From a virus (Duplodnaviria > Caudoviricetes), in the IMG/VR virus record IMGVR_UViG_3300036715_000866, positions 1 through 55,106 of that record: a stretch of DNA of 55,106 bases; one strand, given 5' to 3'. The position numbers were made by a program, and so were the translations under genes. Position 1 is the stretch's first letter; each line of letters starts with the position of its first letter. Positions 38,153 through 46,585 of the stretch are shown piece by piece. The notes beneath the pieces were generated by a model that was given only the letters and a program-made list of their open reading frames with translations, was not told the DNA's origin and searched no databases.

Positions 38153-39929
38153 GATTGCTTCAGGAACAGGATGGCTTTTGCCATCGGCTTGGCACTGTCT
38201 TCCGCCATCACCTCGTCGACCTCTCCGGCCAGGTCAGGCCGCTTCTCGCGGATGTACCTCGCAATGGCCTGGCGATACTCGGCACGATTGCTCTCGAACA
38301 GGACACGGTACACATCATCCTTGCGCAGGCTGGCGATGGAATCAGCAGCCACCTTGATGTATTTCTCAATGTCGCCAGACGGCACTTGCGGCGTCACCTT
38401 TGCGCCCAGGTCCGCCGGCGCCTTCATCTCCGCCAGTTCCGCCCCCTGCTTCTTCTCCTCTTCCTTGTCGTCGGCATGACTGGGCGAGTTGAGTACGTCA
38501 ACCAGGTGCTCGTGCTCTTCGATGGCTTCATGCTTAGGCATGGAGTAGACAGCCTCCGCAAACAAATCCCCGGTATTCGGGTCCCGCTTGTGCCGGGTCT
38601 CCTTCGGCCTGGCAATGACGCCGGTGTGGTAGCTCTGCACCTTCACCGTCTTGCCGTTCACCACTCGGGTATGCGCTCGCACGTAGGACTTCATGAACAG
38701 CACCACCGGCGAACTACCGCCGAAGTCTCCCAGCATTTGCTTCATGTCAATCTCCATCCTCTTCGTGAGTTTCTTGCCGCGCACCATCTCGTCCGCCCGC
38801 GTGAGCAGGGTTCCGACATCGGCGTCGGTCCATCCCCCGACCCGCCATTGCAGGTAGTCGGCGGCCGTGTGCATGCCGGCCTGGCGCAGCGAAATCGCCA
38901 CGTCGCGCAGGGCTAGGCGGATGAATTGCGCCAGGTCATGCCAGCCATGCACGCGCACCAGGCTCTCCCGCTTCATCCCGGACAACACTTCGAGCGTGGC
39001 GGCGGCGACACCTTCGGCCGGCTGCCCGCGCGCCTTCACCAGGTCGCGCACGCGGCGGTTGCTGGCATGAATGCTGACCAGCAGGGAGTCAAGCACCGGC
39101 CCCTTCATGGCCTCCAGGGCGCAGCGCCGGCCGTCGCGCAGGAGCACATCGACTAGCTGCGTCTTGTTGCGGATATTCTTCGGGAACAGGTAGACGGTGC
39201 CGGCGTGGTAGAGACTTTCGACATCATCCTCGGCGCCGGCTTCCTTTATCCTCAAATACGCCTGCCATCCCAACTTCCCGCGCGCCTTCAGCGCATCCAT
39301 GCTTTCGACCACGGCTATGCCGATCTTGCCGCCAGCCGCGAACGCCTCGACGATGCGCCGCGCATCCTCTGCGGCCAGGTGCTGAGAGAGTTTGCCAACG
39401 CGGCGCGCCGGCCGCTTGTCTTCGTGCGGGGCGACATAGGTTCCGTCGCCGCGCCGGTACCCGGAAATGTGCGCCTTGATCATCTTCGGTTTGTCATTCG
39501 TGGCAAGCACTTTGACCTTGAACTCTTCCATCGGCATGGCGATGATTCCACCGAACACCCGTGGATCGTCGTAGTGGGCGAGAAACGCGCGCTTGGCTTC
39601 CTCCTCGCTGTCGTACCCCAGCATGACCTTTTGCTCGTCGCGCTTGGTGAAATCTGGGAAAGCCATCGTGGTGACGACTTAGGCCATGCCAGCATCCTCG
39701 CTATAGGGCCGGCGAGAAACACGTCCACCTGGTCGCCGTCGACGCCCATGCTTCCGTTGATGTAGCCGTAGTCAGCCCGCATCTTGGTCGCCCACTTTTT
39801 TTCTGTTCGTTCCACACCACGGCGCACGCTGCCCTTCGGGTTTTCGATGGCGATTTCGAGCCCCATGAAACGGACGTGGCGCTTCTTGTAATTGCCTGCC
39901 TTGATCTGTGCTGGCGTTGGAATGCTCAT
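38149..39929 (-). pseudogene. Split polyvalent head protein: inorganic pyrophosphatase domain (DdrB-like) + degenerate MPTase-like region
   Basis: IENPKGSVR...DYGYI...DGDQVDVF continues into DEQKVMLGYDSEEEA only after a frameshift (about 39710) and TAA (39679-39681). Confidence 0.8.
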
Positions 39930-40120
39930 GTCGCGCTCGCTTCGCCCGGCATTGTGCGCAGCGGCCCGCCGCCGCCAAACACCTTGGCCAGGCGCTCTAC
40001 CGGGTCAACAGGGCCGCAACGCGGGCAGACGTAGCATTGCGCGACGCCACCGGACACAGCCACCTCGGCACCGCAGTGCGGGCAGGATTTACCGTGATTC
40101 GCTCTAATTCCGGCCGGCAT
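39926..40120 (-). CDS. Small Zn-finger protein
   Basis: CPHC...CPRC; overlaps both neighbours. Confidence 0.6.
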   Translation of the reverse strand: MPAGIRANHGKSCPHCGAEVAVSGGVAQCYVCPRCGPVDPVERLAKVFGGGGPLRTMPGEASAT

Positions 40121-40509
40121 CACAGCGTCGCTCCCATGCGCCACAGGTCGTCCGCCTGGGCGGGTGAGACACCAAGGGCGGTGATCATCTGCATTACCAT
40201 CGGATGGTCGCGTTGCACCTCGGTGGAGAATTCCCACCAATCGCGCAGATCGCGCGTGCCGGCGGCGACGGCGGCTTCGACCACATCACGCAGGCCGGCG
40301 CTGTTGAGGGCGAGGCGAATCTGCCGGGCGGAAATCGCTGCTGGGGTGTTGGGCGGGGGGGGCGCCACCGGATCGCTCGCCGTCAGGTCCTCGCCAGTCC
40401 CGGCCACGACGCAAAGCATGCCGGGGTTGAGCGCCCGCGCCGTAGCGAGGTCGGCGACGATGGTGGAGAGGCGGGTCATTCCGTCTGGGGTGAGGATAGC
40501 GATTTTCAT
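40120..40509 (-). CDS. Fibre-associated chaperone-like protein
   Basis: Start 40509; ISARQIRLAL...WEFSTEVQRDHP...DDLW family usually found after fibre genes. Confidence 0.7.
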   Translation of the reverse strand: MKIAILTPDGMTRLSTIVADLATARALNPGMLCVVAGTGEDLTASDPVAPPPPNTPAAISARQIRLALNSAGLRDVVEAAVAAGTRDLRDWWEFSTEVQRDHPMVMQMITALGVSPAQADDLWRMGATL

Positions 40510-40514
40510 GGCGG

Positions 40515-41465
40515 TCACTCCTGGTATCGGATGATTACGGCGCCCTGGGTTCCGGCTGAGCCATCGCCGCCAGTCGTCCCGCCAGCGCCACCCGCACCAC
40601 CGGCCCCGAATCCCTGCACCGCGACCGTCGGGGCGACGGCGTTGCCGCCTACCCCACCGGCTACCGCCACACCACCCGGCGCGGCATAGCCAGGTGCACC
40701 GGACGGAAATCCGCTCATCGGTCCGCAACCGCCACCACCGTAACTGCCGGCCCCGTCGCCACCGTAATTCTGGTTGGCATTCCCTTGTCTGGTAGGCAGC
40801 CCCTGCATACGCACGGAGCCACCTTTGCCTCCGACATTCCCCGCCGTGACACCACCGCCAGGGCAGCCACCTACCTGGAACAGCGTTCCCGATCCTATTT
40901 GCGTGCGAGCTGGCACTGTGGAGCCGATATTGGTCCCCGCTGTTCCGGCGACCCCACTTACGCCCGGAATTTCTAGCGGAGTGACCCCTGTTGCGCTCGT
41001 GACTGCTGTACCGCTGGCCGCGCCAGCCTGCTGTACCGGAGGAGGAGTCACACACCCGACAATCACCTCGTTTAGTACTGTGGTTCCGTCAGCCGCCTTG
41101 AATTTTACGCTGGTTGAATTGCCAGCTTGAGCGGTCTGGCCACTCGCCAGCCCAGCCCGGCCGCCGGCACCGATAGTTATGTCCATCGTCACAGCGTTAG
41201 TTGGCACGGGCAGCAAAAAATCCTTGAGGTAGCTACCGGAACACCCACTGCCGCCGCCAGGGGCGTTGTTGGCGTGGCTGCCTCCAGGCGCCCCACCGCA
41301 TCCCCCCGCGACCATATCCACCAGCAGCACGCTGGCGCCAGCAGGGATAGGCACGCCTATAACCGACTCCGAGAAAATCCCCGGATACAGCGATTGCCCC
41401 ACGGCCTGGGTGAGCGTCTTCCAGCGGCCGGCGCCTCTCTTGCCGATTTGTCCATTCCCAGCCAT
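40515..41465 (-). CDS. Glycine-rich fibre-like protein
   Basis: AGGCGG, GGGSG, ITIGAGG, GTQGAVIIRY. Confidence 0.75.
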   Translation of the reverse strand: MAGNGQIGKRGAGRWKTLTQAVGQSLYPGIFSESVIGVPIPAGASVLLVDMVAGGCGGAPGGSHANNAPGGGSGCSGSYLKDFLLPVPTNAVTMDITIGAGGRAGLASGQTAQAGNSTSVKFKAADGTTVLNEVIVGCVTPPPVQQAGAASGTAVTSATGVTPLEIPGVSGVAGTAGTNIGSTVPARTQIGSGTLFQVGGCPGGGVTAGNVGGKGGSVRMQGLPTRQGNANQNYGGDGAGSYGGGGCGPMSGFPSGAPGYAAPGGVAVAGGVGGNAVAPTVAVQGFGAGGAGGAGGTTGGDGSAGTQGAVIIRYQE

Positions 41466-41466
41466 C

Positions 41467-42102
41467 TCACACCCCCATATACAGAGAGACCGACGCACCG
41501 GTGCCGCTGATGCTGGTCACGTTGCCGCGCACGTATGTCCACGGCGCGTCCATCTCGTAGCCGGCGCTCGCAGGCGTGGTAGAGAGGGTGAGGTTGATGG
41601 TCTCTTTCGTAAGCCAGTTGGAGCCATCGTTGCTGACCTCGATCACGATTGTGGCCGCGCCGATGCCGGAGGTGGTGGCGCCAGTGGCGTGATAGGTGGC
41701 ATATCCGCTGCGCTGGACAGAGGTGCCGGCGCCGGTGGCGGTGACCGCATTGAGCAGAATGGTCGCCACGCCCAGGCTGCGGAACACGCTGAGGGTGCCG
41801 GCGAGCAGGGACCTCAGCGACTTTAGGATGGCGACGATTCCCCCGCTGCCGCTACCGTTCCAGGCCGCGTCGGTGGGCGCCCCAGTGGCGGTGGCGACGG
41901 CGGCCACGCTTGTTTCTGTCGCGGGGGTGGCGGGTAACTTGGCGAGGATGGAATCCAGCCGAGCTATTTCCGTTGCCTGGTTGCTTGCTGATGCGTCTCC
42001 TCCGCCACCGCCAGATGAACCAGATGCAGGTATGGACCCGCCAGGACCACCAAGCGGTACCAATTTTCCTGTATCTGTATCGGTCACATACATTTTCGAC
42101 AT
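41467..42102 (-). CDS. Virion fibre/decoration-like protein
   Basis: GGGDASASNQ, IEVSNDGSNW, YVRGNVTSISGT. Confidence 0.65.
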   Translation of the reverse strand: MSKMYVTDTDTGKLVPLGGPGGSIPASGSSGGGGGDASASNQATEIARLDSILAKLPATPATETSVAAVATATGAPTDAAWNGSGSGGIVAILKSLRSLLAGTLSVFRSLGVATILLNAVTATGAGTSVQRSGYATYHATGATTSGIGAATIVIEVSNDGSNWLTKETINLTLSTTPASAGYEMDAPWTYVRGNVTSISGTGASVSLYMGV

Positions 42103-42114
42103 GCGTTGTCCCTC

Positions 42115-43260
42115 TTACGGTTTGATGGTTTCGAGTTGCGCCTGCATCCAGGCAATGAATTTCGGGTCGGCGCCTGGCATGACCTTCGGCATCAATGACC
42201 ATGTACCCCGGCAGTTTGGATGCTGGATGCCTGCCGCCGGCCAATAGCGTTCATCCGGCTCGCGCTCGACCAGGACGCCGCCGATGCGCTTCATCGGGCT
42301 GGCGCTGCGCCCGACGTTGGTTTTCCCTACCCAAACTTCGGCCCAGCCGTCCTTGTTTTCCTTTGACGGGTCCACCAGGTCGAACACCATTCCGGCGATT
42401 TTCTTGCAGAACGGGCAGGCGTTGTAGGCTTCGACGCGCTTGACGCGCGATCCGGCTGGCAGCGAAGACAGGAAGCCTTCGTTAGCGTCTCGGGCTACTT
42501 CTGAGATGGCGACGCGGCGCCAATCCCTGTTGAGGATGGCGAACTCGTCTTGCAGCCTGGATTGCAGGTTCCACATCGAGGCGTCCGGGCGGCCCATGAC
42601 GCGGCCTTCCTCATGCTCGATGATGACCTGGCGGATGCGGTGGCGAACGCGCTCGCCGATGTCGGCGATCAACTCCCCGGCGCGAAGCGTGGCGAAGTCC
42701 AGGACTGCCGACTGGTGCGCGGTGATGGTGGCCACCTCGTCGACAATGCGCCGAGTCACCGGCGCCTCCGCTACCAGCATTGACTTCGCCGCTTCAGTCG
42801 GGCCGTGCGGCTCGATATACGCCTGAATGCGGCCGGCGAACACCGCGCGCACCGCGAGGTATTCGGATTCGGTTTCGATCACGCCGGACGGCAGGTATCG
42901 CTGGAGCAGCCAGTCGATGACGTGGAGCCAGTCGGCCATTTCGTACTCGGAAGGCGCCTTGTCGCCCAGGGAGTGCATGGCGGCGTCCAGATCGGAAACA
43001 TCCCAGCGCCGCCACGGCTCAGCCTTCGCCAGTTCAAGGCCGAGCAGCGAGAGCAGCGTGGATAGAATACCGTCCAGGATAGCCAAGCCGCGCCGGGTTA
43101 CATCCTCGATATGATCGCGGACATAAGGGTCATGGTGCGGCTGCCAGATGGAATCGTCGGGCGGGTCTCCAAGCGCCTTGTGTAGGTCGTCCAGGACATG
43201 ATCGGTGCATCCGCATGATAGCGGACCGAGGTCAAAGAGAAGCGGCGCATGAGTGTCCAT
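42115..43260 (-). CDS. MuF/SPP1 gp7-like head morphogenesis protein
   Basis: NRDWRRVAISE, ACPFC, HPNCRG; start reassigned to 43260. Confidence 0.8.
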   Translation of the reverse strand: MDTHAPLLFDLGPLSCGCTDHVLDDLHKALGDPPDDSIWQPHHDPYVRDHIEDVTRRGLAILDGILSTLLSLLGLELAKAEPWRRWDVSDLDAAMHSLGDKAPSEYEMADWLHVIDWLLQRYLPSGVIETESEYLAVRAVFAGRIQAYIEPHGPTEAAKSMLVAEAPVTRRIVDEVATITAHQSAVLDFATLRAGELIADIGERVRHRIRQVIIEHEEGRVMGRPDASMWNLQSRLQDEFAILNRDWRRVAISEVARDANEGFLSSLPAGSRVKRVEAYNACPFCKKIAGMVFDLVDPSKENKDGWAEVWVGKTNVGRSASPMKRIGGVLVEREPDERYWPAAGIQHPNCRGTWSLMPKVMPGADPKFIAWMQAQLETIKP

Positions 43261-43267
43261 GCGCCGC

Positions 43268-43282
43268 ATGATGACGTCACGA
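43268..43282 (-). promoter_or_regulatory. Putative late promoter TCGTGAC-GT-CATCAT
   Basis: ATG 43260 lies 7 nt downstream. Confidence 0.7.
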
Positions 43283-43290
43283 CGACGACG

Positions 43291-44043
43291 TTATGCCTGG
43301 CTCACATACTCTGCCGCCGGGATGGGTTCCTTCTTTCCAAGCACAACGGGATTCTTCGCTGGCGACTGCGCGGCATCTGCATCCGGCTTGCGCCGTGCCT
43401 TGTGTCCGCGCACCTCACGCCAGTACACACGATGCTCGCCAACGTCGTTCTTGACGGTTGCGCCATCCTTCCCGACTGCCGTTATTTCGCCTTCGGCAGG
43501 CTGGCCGTCCTTGGTGAACTGCACGCGGTCTCCGGCTTCCAAGTTGTGCGCGCCAAAGCCGATCTTGCTGCCACGCACGTATTCCGGGTCTTTGGCCGGC
43601 CGGCGCGGCGCCTTCTCGGCCTCTTGCCCATAGACCCAGCGCTTGCCGTGCTTGCCTGTTCTGTCGGTACGGTCTTCCAGGTGCAGGCCGGGGCGATTCT
43701 TGATTGCTCCTGCCTTCGTGAACAAGATCATCGCTTTGCCCAGCATGTCGAACCCATGCTCTTGTTTCGGTTCCTGCTCCTCCGGCTCTTCCGGCTGGTA
43801 GCCGCGAATATAGACTGGCCGGCCGTGTTCATCCTCGACGATGGCGCCATCGACGCCCTGCTCTCGCACGGTCATGGCCGGGGTACTGCGCGTCTTGTGT
43901 CCCAGGATGTTCCCCCACTTGATCTTGTGATGTTGCCCGGTCGCATCCTTGGCGGTCACGCCATGTCGGCCGCGGCAAACGACTTTCCCGCTGGTCGGTT
44001 TGCCGCCAGCGTGGAAGTAGATTTCGTCGCCCACCCTGGCCAT
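43291..44043 (-). CDS. Putative head protein with tandem SH3/KOW-like repeats
   Basis: GD.(I/V).F...G.(V/I)...G..G.T...D..G..H...W occurs twice; LGKAMILFTKA. Confidence 0.7.
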   Translation of the reverse strand: MARVGDEIYFHAGGKPTSGKVVCRGRHGVTAKDATGQHHKIKWGNILGHKTRSTPAMTVREQGVDGAIVEDEHGRPVYIRGYQPEEPEEQEPKQEHGFDMLGKAMILFTKAGAIKNRPGLHLEDRTDRTGKHGKRWVYGQEAEKAPRRPAKDPEYVRGSKIGFGAHNLEAGDRVQFTKDGQPAEGEITAVGKDGATVKNDVGEHRVYWREVRGHKARRKPDADAAQSPAKNPVVLGKKEPIPAAEYVSQA

Positions 44044-44044
44044 G

Positions 44045-44452
44045 TCAGGGCAACAGTTTGGCGTTGTCTGCCAATTTGTAAACCATGTAAACCACGGCGC
44101 CAAGGATCACGGTAATGATCATGACATTGTCGCGCAGCCAGCGCATGATCGACCAGAACCCCTTGATCTTGTCCCAGGTGTCAGGCCATTCGGCCAGTTT
44201 ATGCATCGTGCTGGCTATGGCAGCCAGAGAATCCCGCATCGACCCGACGCTTTGCGTCATGTTGTGGACATCCTGGCGCAGGCCGTATACCTCGGAACTC
44301 AGGGCAGCCACGGCGGCATTCACTACACTAATCTGATCGTGCACTTCGCCATGCACCGCCTCCACCTTGGCCTCTAAAGCATGAATTCGCTTTGACTGTG
44401 AATCCGCGCGCCGCTCCCCACCATCCCATTCGATGGTTCCCTTGTCGTTCAT
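44045..44452 (-). CDS. Coiled-coil protein with C-terminal TM (holin/XhlA-like)
   Basis: WDGGERR, heptad repeats, one TM segment. Confidence 0.6.
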   Translation of the reverse strand: MNDKGTIEWDGGERRADSQSKRIHALEAKVEAVHGEVHDQISVVNAAVAALSSEVYGLRQDVHNMTQSVGSMRDSLAAIASTMHKLAEWPDTWDKIKGFWSIMRWLRDNVMIITVILGAVVYMVYKLADNAKLLP

Positions 44453-46215
44453 TACTCAATCCCCCAAATTCTCAAAGCCTTGCCAAAGTCTCCCTGGCGC
44501 TCGTCACCATCATCCTGCCCAAAGTCGCCCGCGCGATCCTCCCCGCCGGCATCGGTACCGGCTGGGGGAGCCCCTGCCTCGGGTGGTGGAGTATTCGTTT
44601 GCGGCTGGCCATCCTGCCCTGGCATGCCGCCTTCTTGTCCTGGCTGGCCATCCTGCCCTGGCATCTGGCCGAAGTCCTGCTGCGCGGCCTGCTGTGCCTG
44701 CTGCCAAACGCCTACCAAGGAGGGATTGAGCGGGGCATCGCCCCAGTCGCCGTCGGCCTTCTTGTGGCCCATCTCGGCGCGCATCTCGTTGACCGTCAGC
44801 ACCAGTTTCTTCTTCTCGTGCAGCTTCTCCGGGTCTTCCGGGTCCAGTCCGGTCCAGCGGAACGCGAACTTGTCGGAGAAGTCGGCAATCACGAAGTCGG
44901 ACAGAATGCCCTCGAAGTAGGACAGCAGAGGCCGCAATCCCTTGTCTTCCGAGTGCGCGATCTTCTCTGCGGTGTCGCTTCCCGACAGCGCGCTGGTATT
45001 TCCGCCGGTGAAGCTGTCGAAGTTGATCTCTTGCGGCGACATGCCGTAGATGGCGCAGGCAAGCGACGTTAGGAACGTCATCCACTTGGCGAAATACATC
45101 TCGTTGAACTCGATACCGAAGTTCTCGAACGATGCCTTGCTCTCCTGGTCTTTGCTCACCAGCACCGGGAGCGACCACGAGTTGTTAACGCCCTTCACCA
45201 TCGCGTTCCAGTAGCGCCGAAAGGCCGCCAGGTCATCGTTGCTGTAGTCGCCGGAGAGGTGAAGCAGCCCGCGCGGGATGCTGTTCTCGTCGAATCCCCG
45301 AATGTTGTGCGTCATCGCGTTTAGGAAGCCAGTGACCACGCGGATCAGCAATTCCGTTTCGCCAAGGCCATAGCCGGCGAGCCGCACGTCAGAGCGCGGG
45401 TTGCGCGGCTCATAAATCAGATCGTCATGAGTGTAGGCCGTGACGATACGGGAATTCAGCGTCTGCACCGCGAAAATCTCGTCGTCGCCCTGGTAGCCAT
45501 CCTCGCTGCACAGGCGGATTGTAGCGCCATCTACGGCATAGAGCCCGTCGATCCCCTGCTTCTTGTCCTTCTTGAACTCGGTCTCGATGGGGGCCGCATC
45601 CATCGTCAGGCTGTCGCGCGTGAGCTTGCCCATGAACTGGCTGAAGTTGTCGCGCTTGAGGCGTTTCCTGGCGCGCGGATTGAATTCCCATCCACAGTGG
45701 CTGACGAAACGCCGCAGCAGGTTGACGCTCTCCTGTTCGGAAGATGTCAGCGTGTGCTCGGGGTCCAGGTGGACGATGGAGAAGCCGGGGTTTCCGTCGT
45801 CCCTCTCTTGAGGGATGCAATACCGCTGCACCTGGCGCAGGCGGGTAAGGACGATGGCGCTCAGAATTGGGACCTGGTCGACCATGCTGCGCAGGGTGTC
45901 GAAACCAGCGGGCGCCGGCTTCTCGAAGTATTCGCCCGCCGTGAATATCTGCCACTTGTCCAGGTAAACCGACTGCATGCCGCCGGCATTGCGCCTCTTG
46001 GCGTCGGCGGGGAGGTCGATCACCATGGCCTTGTTCATCGCCTGAGAGACGGCGAACTGTTCGCGCAGGTCTTGCACAAAGGCGCCGGCCGCATGGCTCA
46101 AGCCGGTGCCGATGCTGCGCGGCGCGTGCGCCTTGGTCAGTTGTGCCAGCGCATCCTGCCGTTCGTCGGCTGGCGCGCGTGAATCGAATGCAACCAGGCG
46201 AACGTCGTCGCTCAT
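44452..46215 (-). CDS. Portal protein
   Basis: Start 46215; YAVDGATIR, GYGLGETE, PRGLL, CAIYGMSPQEI, KGLRPLL, LTVNEMR. Confidence 0.93.
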   Translation of the reverse strand: MSDDVRLVAFDSRAPADERQDALAQLTKAHAPRSIGTGLSHAAGAFVQDLREQFAVSQAMNKAMVIDLPADAKRRNAGGMQSVYLDKWQIFTAGEYFEKPAPAGFDTLRSMVDQVPILSAIVLTRLRQVQRYCIPQERDDGNPGFSIVHLDPEHTLTSSEQESVNLLRRFVSHCGWEFNPRARKRLKRDNFSQFMGKLTRDSLTMDAAPIETEFKKDKKQGIDGLYAVDGATIRLCSEDGYQGDDEIFAVQTLNSRIVTAYTHDDLIYEPRNPRSDVRLAGYGLGETELLIRVVTGFLNAMTHNIRGFDENSIPRGLLHLSGDYSNDDLAAFRRYWNAMVKGVNNSWSLPVLVSKDQESKASFENFGIEFNEMYFAKWMTFLTSLACAIYGMSPQEINFDSFTGGNTSALSGSDTAEKIAHSEDKGLRPLLSYFEGILSDFVIADFSDKFAFRWTGLDPEDPEKLHEKKKLVLTVNEMRAEMGHKKADGDWGDAPLNPSLVGVWQQAQQAAQQDFGQMPGQDGQPGQEGGMPGQDGQPQTNTPPPEAGAPPAGTDAGGEDRAGDFGQDDGDERQGDFGKALRIWGIE

Positions 46216-46517
46216 GCGAATACCTCGGGATGTGTTTCCAGCGCCCAGCGCATTGAATGGACAGAGGCCATCGCCCATTCGGCGTTTCGTTGCTCGCGGC
46301 TCAGGTAGACATTGTTCCTGCCGTCCACGGCGTCATGGCAGGCGTGGCACAGGAAGGCGGGGATGTCGGCCGACTTGTGCCTGGCGCCCTTGCCCATGCT
46401 TTGCATGTTGGCGTGCGCACCGACCACGGTTCCGTCGTTCGGCACTCCGCAGCAAAAGCAGCGCGGCGCGCTGCGTGCCAGCGCCAGCAGCTTCGAATTG
46501 CGATAATTGGTGCTCAT
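46212..46517 (-). CDS. DUF1364/YbcO-like Zn-dependent nuclease-fold protein
   Basis: CFCC...TVVGAHAN...KSAD...CHACHDAVD. Confidence 0.75.
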   Translation of the reverse strand: MSTNYRNSKLLALARSAPRCFCCGVPNDGTVVGAHANMQSMGKGARHKSADIPAFLCHACHDAVDGRNNVYLSREQRNAEWAMASVHSMRWALETHPEVFA

Positions 46518-46524
46518 GGCGCGC

Positions 46525-46539
46525 ATATTGGCGTCACGA
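46525..46539 (-). promoter_or_regulatory. Putative late promoter TCGTGAC-GC-CAATAT
   Basis: ATG 46517 lies 7 nt downstream; heads the portal operon. Confidence 0.7.
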
Positions 46540-46585
46540 CGATTTTTTAGGGCTATAATCCACTTCGCAAACTACGCGGGGCAAT

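Noticed and set aside
22897-39681. Stop-codon reassignment explaining the in-frame stops
   Set aside because: Stops differ (TAG, TAA), stand for different expected residues (K, Y), co-occur with indels, and TAG ends normal genes.
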